Assembly: GCA_000708835.1 (NCBI GenBank) | Contig: DF237230.1 | Coordinates: forward strand, 49,363-113,362 | DNA from: Klebsormidium nitens | Taxonomy: Eukaryota > Plantae > Klebsormidiophyceae | DNA length: 64,000 bases | Direction of reading: 5' to 3' | Shown here: piece after piece, positions 24,473-36,100 of the stretch | Numbering within the stretch: the stretch's first letter is position 1 | How the letters are laid out: each line of letters opens with the position of its first letter | The notes under the pieces: model-generated | What the model saw: the letters and a program-made list of their open reading frames with translations, nothing else | Databases searched by the model: none | Told to the model about the DNA's origin: nothing | Position numbers and translations under genes: made by a program

Positions 24473-25300
24473 ATGTCGTTGAAACCAAGCCCGCTGCAGG
24501 TGCCTAGTCCCAGATCCAGGCCAGCTGGGACATCAATCTCTGCCGCTGGCGCCAAATCTCCTTTGGGTAATGCAGCCATCCCTCCGAGCCTTACCCGTAT
24601 TGGAAGCTCAATCCACAGCCGCATCGCGAGTTTCAAGTCAGGTCAAGGGCCTGTCTCCCCCGGCAATGCAATGGGGGGCCTGAGCACAAGTTCTGGCGCG
24701 GGCTTGCAAGCTGCGGGAAGCGCAAAAGCAAGGAGGGTTCTTGGGTTTGCAAGCCGCATCAAAGCATTCTGCGGATCGAGCCTTTTCAACGCCTCGCTTG
24801 GGGTGGCGTGTTTTGTGGTTGCTGTGCTAGCGTGGCTGCAACCTGTTTCGCCCCCTGGAGCAAACGACCCGGGCTCAAGTGTGCCGCAATCAATAGTATG
24901 CTGCTCAATAGAGAATTTTACAGAGGACACCCTTTCGGTCTTTAATTGCGCGAGCGATGCAACTCATGGGTGCTCGCGTTTTGGTGAGCTGGCTTGCGAT
25001 GGTCCGGATTCGTCGTTCGTTTGCCGGCTGGGTCCCCGGAACTATAATTGTACGGGCCCTGCACCAATAAGGACTTGTACAAGGATTCGGGCTGCCTTTT
25101 CCTTGCTCCCTAAGCCACCACCGGCGTCGAGTGCGTTCGTATCTTCTGGCCGACGTTTTCGGCAGTGGGAGATTCTCTTCATCTGTTTAGGAGTATTCTT
25201 TGTCTGTGTCGCATGTATTCTAGCTGTCGTGCGGTCGAAGAAGTGGATCACTGCAAGGAGCAAGGGCCTTCATGTTGGCCCTACCGTAGAGCCCCCGTAG
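24473..25300 (+). CDS. Hypothetical intronless two-transmembrane protein with an 8-Cys loop (275 aa)
   Basis: Uninterrupted ORF. Ser/Gly/Pro-rich N-terminus; TM1 SLGVACFVVAVLAWL; loop with 8 Cys and N-x-T sequons (NFT, NCT); TM2 ILFICLGVFFVCVACILAVV followed by basic RSKK. Confidence 0.65.
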   Translation: MSLKPSPLQVPSPRSRPAGTSISAAGAKSPLGNAAIPPSLTRIGSSIHSRIASFKSGQGPVSPGNAMGGLSTSSGAGLQAAGSAKARRVLGFASRIKAFCGSSLFNASLGVACFVVAVLAWLQPVSPPGANDPGSSVPQSIVCCSIENFTEDTLSVFNCASDATHGCSRFGELACDGPDSSFVCRLGPRNYNCTGPAPIRTCTRIRAAFSLLPKPPPASSAFVSSGRRFRQWEILFICLGVFFVCVACILAVVRSKKWITARSKGLHVGPTVEPP

Positions 25301-27104
25301 AGCAGCTTGTCTTCCTTCACGCAGCTGCTTGCCTACATCTCCAAGATTGAACAGGTCATGGCTACCTCACATGCTTGTTAATTCCTTCAGTGTTCTGCAA
25401 AAATGATCTGTTCCAGTCGAGTTCAATCAGACTTTGCATGTGAATATGAACAGGCTTGACTGGCTTTTGTACAGACAGCTCATAGTCAAAGCACTACCAA
25501 CCTAGATTATACGTGTTTTGGATAATACACATGTTATTATAGACAGCCCAGATGAACATGCAGCTAGAGAACTTTGTTACAAGTATTATAGTGAAGATTA
25601 TAATTAATGCATATATGAATCATGATGGGGTGCAAGCCTTGAGGTGCGAGGACTTGCATCGGATCAAGCCCATGAGAAGCTCAACGATCAAATCTTGATG
25701 CGGTAGGCAGCTATCACAGCTCAGTAGTATATATAGTATAGTTGGTTGACTCAGTGATGCCTTTGAAGCCTTATTTCTCACGTCATCAGCGGCGCTGCAG
25801 ATGTTGACATATATGTTTAATGACATCTGATATCGGACTCATTTTAGCCTGTTACGCAGAATATACACCTACCGCTTACGTTACTCCAAGAATCCATGTA
25901 TCAAGGTACTATAACTTTGAAAGACTCAGCTAAGAATATATTGACAGCACAGCACTGCATTGAAGTTGTCGCGCAAATGCCACATTGATGCCAACAGTCA
26001 CAGGCTGTTCACTGAACTTAAGCTAGTACTAGTAACGTACTCGATACTTTATTGACTTTAGTCAGTGAGCCGCCCATGCGCGCGGCGTTCTAATTGTATG
26101 TATCGATCGTACGTGATGGGCGCGTTGCGCCACCATCACGTGACATGTGATCTTTGTGATGTATATCATGGGCCAGCCGGGTCATTGCAAATTCAGGCGG
26201 CACGCCAGTGTAGTACGCGTATGCAGGCGCGTACGGCACGGTGCAGCGCAACGCCGCGCGCCCCGCGGCGGCGGGCTGTGGGAAGGCTTGGGTGGCTTGA
26301 CGGGCTCGGCTTTGTCCAAGTTATTGGTTTAGAAGCAGCCAGAGCGGACGTGAGCAACTTCGACAAGTGGTACGAAGGCGCCCCATGTGCATCTGTAGTT
26401 GATTGTTGAACCTATTTTCTGATGGATGGTCTACTGTTCTACATGCATGGTGGCCAACGGGGCCCTACGCGGCATGGGCCATGCATCATTGCAGCTACTA
26501 TAGGTAATTAAGGTGGCGCCACTGCCATCGGAACCAATGATCGTTGCGGTGAACCGGGGCCTATCAGTGAGATGGTCGACTATAGCTCTTCAATGGGCGG
26601 CGTCAGTGTGCAGACTCGTGCATTCCAACACGGAGTGCCATTGAAAGTGAACATAACTGTCTAATGCTAGGTTCAACATGCTTTCTAACAAGACGGGCCC
26701 ATCACACGTACTCACGCCCGGCGGCCGCCGCAGCATTCGAACGTGGAATCATGTCTAATACTGTTCCAAAAAAGTCAACTGTCGGCGGCCTGCGGCGGCC
26801 GAAAACATAGACAGGCACGAGCCTGTGACAACTTAGTAAGCAATGAATCCATGCTTATCATGTAGCAATCGTCGCTCAAAACTGGATGCAATAAACTTCA
26901 AGTTTCCCGTCGATACACCTCCGGCGTAAAGTCTCAATGAAAGCCCTGAATTCAGACAGACGTACTTGAATGTTCAGGACACGTCCGGTTGCCTCCCTAT
27001 TGCACCCCTTTCATAAGGGCCTTGGATATGCATTGCTGCGTCCATTAATATGGCACAAAGCTTACAGCTTGACTTGCTACTTAAGTTACCTCGTCCTTTA
27101 AATA

Positions 27105-30100
27105 CTATACGACGTCTTCAAGTTTCTTACCTACGTTGCTATTCGATAACGAAAAACTCCGCATACTTGATGTATCCGTTGACGACTGCGTTGCAAAGGA
27201 GGTGGACTGATTTGTACGACCGGACGACACCGTAAAGAGAGTAGTCGGCCGTTCTGGCAAAGATGGCAACTCCATTTGTTGAGAAAGCATGGCAAAGCAC
27301 TCCCGCATGGTTGGCCGCAGATTTACTACCGTGTGGACACACATCAATCCAACCTGCATAGCAAGCATCCGAAGTGTCAAAGGGAAGTCCCTTTGGTTCT
27401 TTCGACCAGTGGGTGCAGGAATGCTGTATCGAACTGCACCTAGATTTGATTGCTCCAATCAAGACGCAATCCCAGATGCCCAAAATCGCAATATCAAGTG
27501 TTACGCCCATGTCTTGATCTGGCAGGCTCCCCATACGGCCCACAGAGCGATTCGCACAAACGCACGTTCACCGTAGAAGGATGGAAAACGCTCGACGACG
27601 ACCGCTTGCGGCAACACGAAACGGGGGCTTTGTTCCGTGCGAAACAGTCGCCTAAGCATTTCCAAAAGCACGTCAAGGAGCGCTACAAAAGTTGTTCTCC
27701 AACAATATCTCATGCAATTTGGATACAAGGCAATCGAAGCTTCTGCGAAAAACGGTCACAGGTCCTCTCCGAAAACAAAAGAATTGTCCCACCCTAGTCG
27801 TCAGCGGCAGATTTTCAAGGACTCACCTTGATGGCAACCGTTATAGTCTGTTCGTGCACCGGAATCGCCTCCACCAGAGCCGGATCCACAAGCTTTAACA
27901 ACTCGCCAGACCCCGCCACGTTCCAAGCCCACTCGGTCAGAAACACCTGCATGACGCACGTGGTCGTCAGCATTCGTTGCGTCACTCCCACAGCGAATGT
28001 GAGATGATTATGCGCCCGATTCACAGTGCCTGAATCGCCGTACAACAGAAGCCTCCGTTGCTTTCCGATGGTAACAGAGGAAGCCCTCTTTACCTAAGTG
28101 CTGTTCAATGTGGAGAATGAACGACGCGTGATCTCAGAAGCACGGCCACTCACGAGCGGTAGCATTCCCTATGCTACTGAAGCAGTTATGCGAGCATGGA
28201 CAACAAGAATAACAGCCAAGCAAGCTCAGCCGAGAAAAGGTCTTCTTTGATCTCTGAATTTTTGTGCTGATTGCTATGAAGAGTGTTGCTCACGAGCACT
28301 TCTCATGAGACTAAGACTAAGACTGAGACTGCGAGCAACAACTCAAGACTGAGACCGAGTCTGAGATGTTCACGAGCAACACTCTGGAGACTGAGACCGA
28401 GCGAAACTCGTGTGGCTGAGAAGTCCGCTAAAGGCTTGATTAACCATGTGGGTTAGGCAGTTAACCTCCTTCCTCTCTCCTAACAAAGCCTTTGCTCACG
28501 AGCAGTTACACCTGAGGAAGCCGCAAATGACTTGGAGAAACGTGTGGGTTAAGCTGCTAACCTCCTCCGCCTCTCGTTCCGAGTCGGTTGGTCTTCGACC
28601 AGTGACCAACGAAAGCAGCACCACCCCAAAAGCGTACACGTCCGACTTCTCCGACACCTGGCCCGTCGCCACGTACTCGGGGGAAAGAAAACCCCAGGTA
28701 CCTCTCACCCCTGCAAAAACAAGATAAATAGAATCAAGAAAAGTATCTGTCCGTATCTGCCGCTCTCAGGCTCTGAGTTGAAAGGATACCTAGTCCTTAA
28801 TGTATTGGGCAGAGTGTCTCCCTCCCCTAATCAAGGGTTCGGCTTCCAGGCCACCTTTGCCCCTGGCCGGGTAGCCCTCACCCCTGAAGGAAAAGAAGGG
28901 CAAGAACGACACATGTTGGTGCATGAAAACAGTTTTGAGCAGAGACTATGCGTTGTGGAGATGCCGCGGCTTCCTCAAAGCACGAGAATGGGACGAGCGG
29001 TTGTCTGGATGCTCAGCGGAGGAACTCGTCCCGAGCTCTTATGACACAAATGCGATGGGTGTCACAACAAACCACCCCGTATTTGCTGACCTCAGCCTTG
29101 TGTCACTAAAGCTGGAAGACATGAAGTGGTCTCCGTTGTTCTGGCAGTACATGTCCGAAATCGAGTTCAGTAAGCATCTTTTTCCAAGACACCCTCCAAG
29201 CTCGTAGCCGACCGAAGATCCATTGCCTTTGTCGTCCGAAGCCAATCGACGTCTTTTAAGTCAGCGCCTTTAAGTTCCTGTCAGAAGCGGTGTCTGGCAG
29301 TCGCCTTTCACAGCGAGCTGGCTGAAAAAGGACGAACCGTGATCCAAAGAGCCCAAGACAAGCATGAAATTGTGACGAGCTGACATCAACGCGCTGAATG
29401 CGACCAAACTTGCACGCCAATCTGAGTAGTCCGCTTACCCGTAGAGACGTGGGTTTCCTCGTCCTTAGTAAACTTGGCCAACCCGAAGTCCCCAACTTTG
29501 GCTTCCAGCTCCTGATCCAACAGAATGTTGGACGGCTTCACATCCCTGCAATCAGGAAGCAAAGCTGAGTACAAGGTCGGCTTGTAGGACATGCAAACAA
29601 TGCACTGCGAAGTTTGGTGTCTGCTTTCTCTGGTTGCATGCGATCAGAAAAGGTCGAATCCAGGCAACGCGGCAGGGTGTCTTGCTTCCTTATGCAGCGT
29701 GCAGATCTGCAGTGGATCGTAGACCGTTCAGACCTGAGGAACCCGGACGGTCAGAAGAGCACAACAAGGAAAGACAAGCGGTGTCGTCTTTATACATCAG
29801 AGTGTCCATCTTCCACTTCACTCTTGATCACTGTAACAATCATACGTGTTCAGAAGGGTCCTCATACCAAAGTGCTCCGAAGGCAGCTTGAGCTTCCGTC
29901 AGAGTCATTCTGATTAGAATGAGACACAGATAACACCCAACAAAAGTTCGCAAGGCAAGTAGAAATAGGTTTTCTATGAGGTTGACTCACCTATGGATGA
30001 TGCGCGGCTTGCAGTCCTGCAAGGATCGAAAGAAATCTATCGATTAGATCGCGGTCACAATTTCGGTTGCATTAGCCCTGCGAACGAAGCACTCATTCCC

Positions 30101-33100
30101 GTCGTCTCTTTCTACAAGTCGGGAGTCGGACTAGAGAGGGAAGGAAAGTATAAGCAGGGTACCATCTCTGAGGGACTTCGCAATTGGCCGTCTTCAGTGC
30201 CATCGTCGAAGACAGCATCACGTACGAACTCCACTGCATCTGGGTCCCGAGGAAACTTCTCATCGGACGGGCTAGATTGCATCTTGAAAGTTCGCCTCAG
30301 CGACCAATCTGCCCATCCCCGCAGTACCTGGTCGCCGAGGCGTTTCGGGTCACAGGACGCCCTTTGAGGTGATTGTGTCCCAAATGATCCGATGCAAAAG
30401 TGAGGCTGAGTATATCCTGGCGCTCACCTCGTGCAGATACGCAAGCCCCTTAGCGGTCCCCAGAGCGATCTTCAGCCGCCGCGGCCAGTCCAGAAAGATG
30501 GCCGGCTTGTTCATCTGTTTGGTGGACTCGCCGGGGGTGGTAAAAAGGTGATCTTCCAGGGAACCGTTGGTCATGTACTCGTAGACGAGAAGGATTTGGC
30601 GGTCGGACGCGTGGACCCCATTAATGGTCAGGATGTGCCGGTGGCGGCATGAGACCATCGAGGAGACCTCGGTCATGAACTCCTGCAGTCGGAGATTTGT
30701 ACTTTGTGATAGGCCTTCTCTGACTTCCTGAAAAGCGATTCTTTTTCGAAGTAACGGAGATTGCGGTCACATAAGAGGGGCGACACAAGACCATGGACGA
30801 GACCTCGGTCAAGAACTCCTGCACTTGGAAATTTCACTTTGAAGTTAAGCCTTTTTTTAGGATCCTACTTAGGGACTCTACTGAAAAGTAACGGAGATTG
30901 CGCTTAGACAAGAGTAGCGGCACAAAATCATGGACGACACCTCGGTCATGAACTCCTGCATTTGACAGCGGGTGACTTTAGACGAGAAGTAACAGGCCTT
31001 AAGTCAAAGTTGCTACGTCCCGTGTGCTTTGCTCTTTGACGATGTCATGTGGTCCGGATTTGATCCTTGTCGATATGATATGGACAGAAGGAAAGCGCAG
31101 GTTGATGGGATGGAATGGACTCAAGGAGTTCCGTCCTGATTCAGCCCACCACGCAGAAACAAATCCGATGGTATTGGTTGGGACGAAGTGGTCTTGGAAG
31201 AGCGTGCACTGATATCAGAAGACTGCTCTTTGGTCTCGAAAGAACGTGGCCGGAGGGAAGTGGGTGAGGAACTGACGAGCTTAAAGAAAACGCGTGTGCT
31301 TGGAGAAAGTGCGGTTGTTTACAGTGAAGGGCAAAAAGAAGGGCCGTCATCGGAAAAGGTGCACTTGTCGACGATGCACAGACCTGTAGTAAACAAAAAG
31401 CAAAAGACTTCTTCGACGGTTCGCAAAGGCCATAAGGTCTACAGTTGTGAAAACTCAAGCCTTTCGACGAGGTTCGCTGGCTTGCATCACCAGCGGTTCT
31501 GACGTTCCTTCCGAGTCGGCCACTTGATAGGCGACGTTCGGTACATTTCGAAACAAAGCTCGTAGCAACCGTCAGAGACTTGCATCCGGCTGAGGGGACT
31601 TTTGGATGCCGTCAGGAAAGGCACAGACTTCTACAACAGAGACGTGCATATCTATTAGTGGCCGATACGAAAATCGTGCCCCCAACTCACCTCCGCGCCG
31701 TCAGGCGTTGACGGCTTTGCAAGCTGCTTCACCGCGACCCGCGTCCCGTCCGGCAACTCCCCCAGATACACGCTCCCGGAACCGCCCTTGCCGAGCAGCT
31801 GCTTCGCGGCGAAGTTCTGCGTCGCGGCGCGCAGTTCCGGGAACGAGTACCAGTGCAACGGCTCCGAAACGGTCCGCGATTTGGAAAGCTTCGCCTTGAA
31901 CCGGTCCTGGTCACGGATCGATTCCGTCCGTCGCTTTTGACGGCGCCACAGAAGGAGCCCCATTACCGCAATCGCCACAAAAGCGAAGACCACAGAGACC
32001 GAGACTAGGCTCGCAATCAGCGCCTTTCTGCGTTTGGACCTGCCGGACGGACCCAGTTCGAGAATCCGGAGCTGCAGCTCAGGGGGGAAATTCCAGTAAC
32101 AATTTGCGCGGTCGACCGCCCCTTGGTACCCATAGTTCTGTGGCCAGAAGCTGCCGGAAAAAAAGATGCCGCAGTACGAGATCGAGGGCGTGTCCGCATA
32201 CGGTCCGGCCATTGTGACAAAGGCCTCCTGGACCGTTGCCGTGCAGGAGGCATTGCATCGCCCGGGGGCACACACTGCCTCAGTTTTAGCCTGTAGCTCC
32301 GGGGGGGTTACGGTGTATTTGTTGCAGCGCAGCGCGATCAGGGGGATAAAGCTGCTGAGGCGGCATTCTTCATAGAGGGTTTCCAAGAGGCCGTTGGCGA
32401 CCAGTGCGGCCTTGAAGCTCGCGGTGCACGCATTCGTCTCCGTCTGCAAAAAGGGGATGGAGAGAATCAGTAGCAAGGGGATAGGCGACTCAAAAGCTCT
32501 CAAGTGGCGGGAACAAATAGGGTCGGGAAAAGGTTACCGCAGACGGAGGTGTCTTTCGATCCACCAGCGCCTCTGCTTGTATTCCTTAAGAAGAACCTGC
32601 GAAGGTTAGACTCCATACAAAATAAGCGCCGAAATTTATGGTGAGCGACAAAATGGTATCCTTATCCGACAACCCGAGAACCAAAGGACACGGAACCGGT
32701 TCAGGAGCCCACCTCGTAGTTTGGAGTACCAGTGCGGTTGATGAACTCGTACCAAACCTGCCCGCCTACGGCCAGTACCGTGTCGCAGCACCGATTGCCC
32801 TGCTCTTTGAGCGGTCCGCACGCCCGGACCACGTTCGAGTAGTCCACCGCATCGTAGCCCAGAGAACACGTGGCGGACTGTGGTAGGTTGTCGACGGGGC
32901 TGTTCCACAGGCATGTTGCGATGCTGTTGGCGATCGAGAGGGGGTACGCCGCAGCCACGAGGGCTATGTTGGCCAGGTCTGCAATAGCGAGAACGTCTCC
33001 CAGTTTGGATGGAAGCGGGGGAGGAGTGGAGCGAACAATGTAGAAAGACATCGCCTTTTGGCTGAGGGAATTTTGTGTATTTTGCAAGCCGATGACTCGC

Positions 33101-36100
33101 CCTCCTGAAAACGGTGGCCCGCAAATTGAGGACCGAAAGGCTGCCACAGCCTTTCAAACTTCAGCTTACAAAGATAGTCTAAGAGTGCTTTTGGCCTTAA
33201 GCTTCTGACCTCCGGACTCAATGGGTGCCACAGCCTTTCAATCTTCCAGCCGATAAAGATCGTCTAAGAGTGCTTCTGGCCTTAAACTTCTGCCTCAAAC
33301 TGCTGGGCCTTCGCTTCGAAAGTCAGCGATACCGACTTGAACCGTCCAATTCAACGCTCACACGATCGGACGATGGTGTCAGCAAAACCGCTTGTCCCAA
33401 GTCGAATCGTAAACCCGCAGTTCGTCTGAAGAGTCTGGTAACTAAAAAGTGACTTAACAGCGGGGTGACTTAAGATAGGCACCCGGGGGACGGGTGGGGT
33501 TAGCATGGTGGTTAGGGTGGGTTCGGGTGCGGAGCAGGTGTTTATTTGGGTTAGGTTTTGTAGTTTGTTTGGTCGGGACTCGTGAATCTTAAGTCACTCA
33601 CCCGTTAAATCACCCCGGAGTTACCAGTATCGTCTGAAGGGCTGTGATTAAGTTCCCGAAAGGTCGAATTCTTCGTCAGTTTTGAAGCCTTTACGCTGTA
33701 CTCTGGAGGTAATAACACTGTAAAGTGCGAGCCACGAAGGGTAAGTCGACCTTTCATGGAGCTCGCTTTGAGGCCTTTCCCGTCACTTGAATCCTCCTTG
33801 TTGATCCAGATAAGACCCAGCGCAAGCGCTTGCAACAGCTGACGGGATAAGCAACCACCTATTTTGTGAGGACGAGGACAGGCTATAGTTCCTAAGATGC
33901 TCTTCAAACCTGAGATAGCATGACGGAAAACACCTGCTGCTGCTAGGAACAGAAACTCATCTCCCAAGATACTCGAGAGACCCCTTCAAGTAAGCCGTTG
34001 TGTGTGCATCCCTCCTGAGAACCACTTTTATGGGGAAAAGTACGGCCAAAGGATGCGGCCAACCCGTGCGGCTCTAACATAATTCGAGAAGCCTCACCTT
34101 TACATTCACTTGTCGCAACAAGGCTTGCGTTGACCCCCTGCAGACTCTGGAGCGATGCGACCTTGGCGCTCATGCTGGCAACGCAAGCGGAGCAGACAGG
34201 CTGGTTCCAGCACGCCGCTGAGGTTGACCCTGCAGACCAGCCAAAGCAGATTGGAAAAAGGTCCGAAGCAATAGCAGTTAGCTCTAGTGCTAGGAGACCG
34301 GACTCACAGCGAGTACATAGGTGACTGGCCTGGACTCCGTGTCACACACATTCCCGACATCGCTGGCTTCCATTAAAGCAGGCTGGAATAGAAGCGGAAA
34401 CATGCTCCCCTGAAGGACCCCACGGAAAAGAAAGAAGAGCCATGAGCATTTGAACTGCTCGTGTTGATTCGGCAGTCACTTCGGAACACGCAAGGGAGAT
34501 CTAGCCAATATGAGGATTTGAACTGCTGCCGACCAACCGGCAAGGAAGGCAGTCTTGCGACCTGTATCAGCAAACGAGTTGACACATCAGTTATCAACAG
34601 AATTGGCCCTGCACCTTTGCCTCCATTTGAATTCTGCACCTCTTACCTGGATACGAGTAGTTTGTCAACGTCTTGAAGGCCGAGATTGTCGTGAGCGCGT
34701 CCCCACAAGCGGGCTGCCACATGCCCGTACTGTTTACGTTGCAGGTAGAGAAGCGATTGGGAGGCAGGCCCGCACTAACCAGGGAAGTTTCCATTGCCTG
34801 CGGATCAGAAATGGAGCAAGTGTAAACAGCTACACCCAACGTAAAGTGCTTCGACGAGTGCGCACAGCCAAACGAACTTGTCGGAAGCTGGTTGGTAGAC
34901 CTATGAGGAGTGTCTGAAAATAACGGTAGAAGCTGGACATTGGAAAGCTACTGAGTGCGTATGTTAGACCTTCTGAACAGCCTTTCCCTGGTGGAAACAT
35001 AATACCTTTGCAATGCTACGCAGCTCACAAAGGAGAACGTTGAGAGAGGCCAGAACCTTCAGCTCAACGGTTTGAACGGCCCTGAAGCCAATGAGCAAAG
35101 CTGGGCCAACAGCCCATGGTTACAAAGCAGCCACTGACATGCATTGCTGAGAGCAGGCTCCTGTCACATGCTTCACAGTTGCAGAACGGCAGGGTGGTCT
35201 TAACTAACTCAGACTTGACGTTGCTAGTTATATCAAGCTCCGGCTGACAGAAGAAACTTCCAGACATGGTTGGTCCAAGCTTGGTTAAATACACCATCTT
35301 TCAGCTAACATCTGGTGATAAACCCCTTTTAATCTTGACACCCGTTCCTTTGATATTCTGACCTAGACTTTGCCCCAACAAGCTGGATTTGGAAGTCACA
35401 CCGTGTATCCTGAGTAAGGCAAGTGTGTGCTGGCAGTCAAAGTGAGGATTCCTACTCTTGGTTAGGAGGCTCAAGAATCAACACTTGTAACTGAATTAGG
35501 AACTGTCAGGCTGTTGAGACGAGATGCTAGTTACCTGTACACAGGCGACAGCGGCATCTTGGGAAAGGAGCAACTGGTCTGTGGAGTTTGCATGGCGCGT
35601 CCTCGTCTGGTAGAGTAACCCATAGATGCGGGTACAACAAGGGACATTGAAGAAGATGCTGGGGTCCGTGCCTGCACACGTTCGCATGTTGGCTTAGCTC
35701 GCAAAACCAAAGGGTTCTTGCATGAGCCAAATGAAAAGAGATGCGCGCTGCACTTTCAAGTGTGCCCACTGGCTCATAGACCAGATGCCAGCGCTAAATC
35801 ACGCATGTCAGGGAGCAGGGAGCGACACCTCCGCCACTATCCCAAGAACAAAAATCCTGCCAACCGAGACTATCAAGAGGAGGAATGTGCGCACAACGAC
35901 ATGGTGCAAGAGCGTGTCCAAGTACTGCTGAGTTGCCTGCTGAGAAGTGCATACAGGTGCTTTCACGAGGGACACTGTCCTAACCATTAGAACATCAAAG
36001 GTAAATCCTGAACTATGAAATGGATGCACGAGGAATCTCCTTGCTGCATATGCTGATGTAGACTGCCCCCCTACCAAAACTTGCCACCGGCTTCAGATTA

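Noticed and set aside
30640-30965. CRISPR-like repeat-spacer appearance of the 137-bp array
   Set aside because: The repeats are degenerate copies of a kinase exon start in a eukaryotic intron, the spacers are related to each other, and there are no cas genes.
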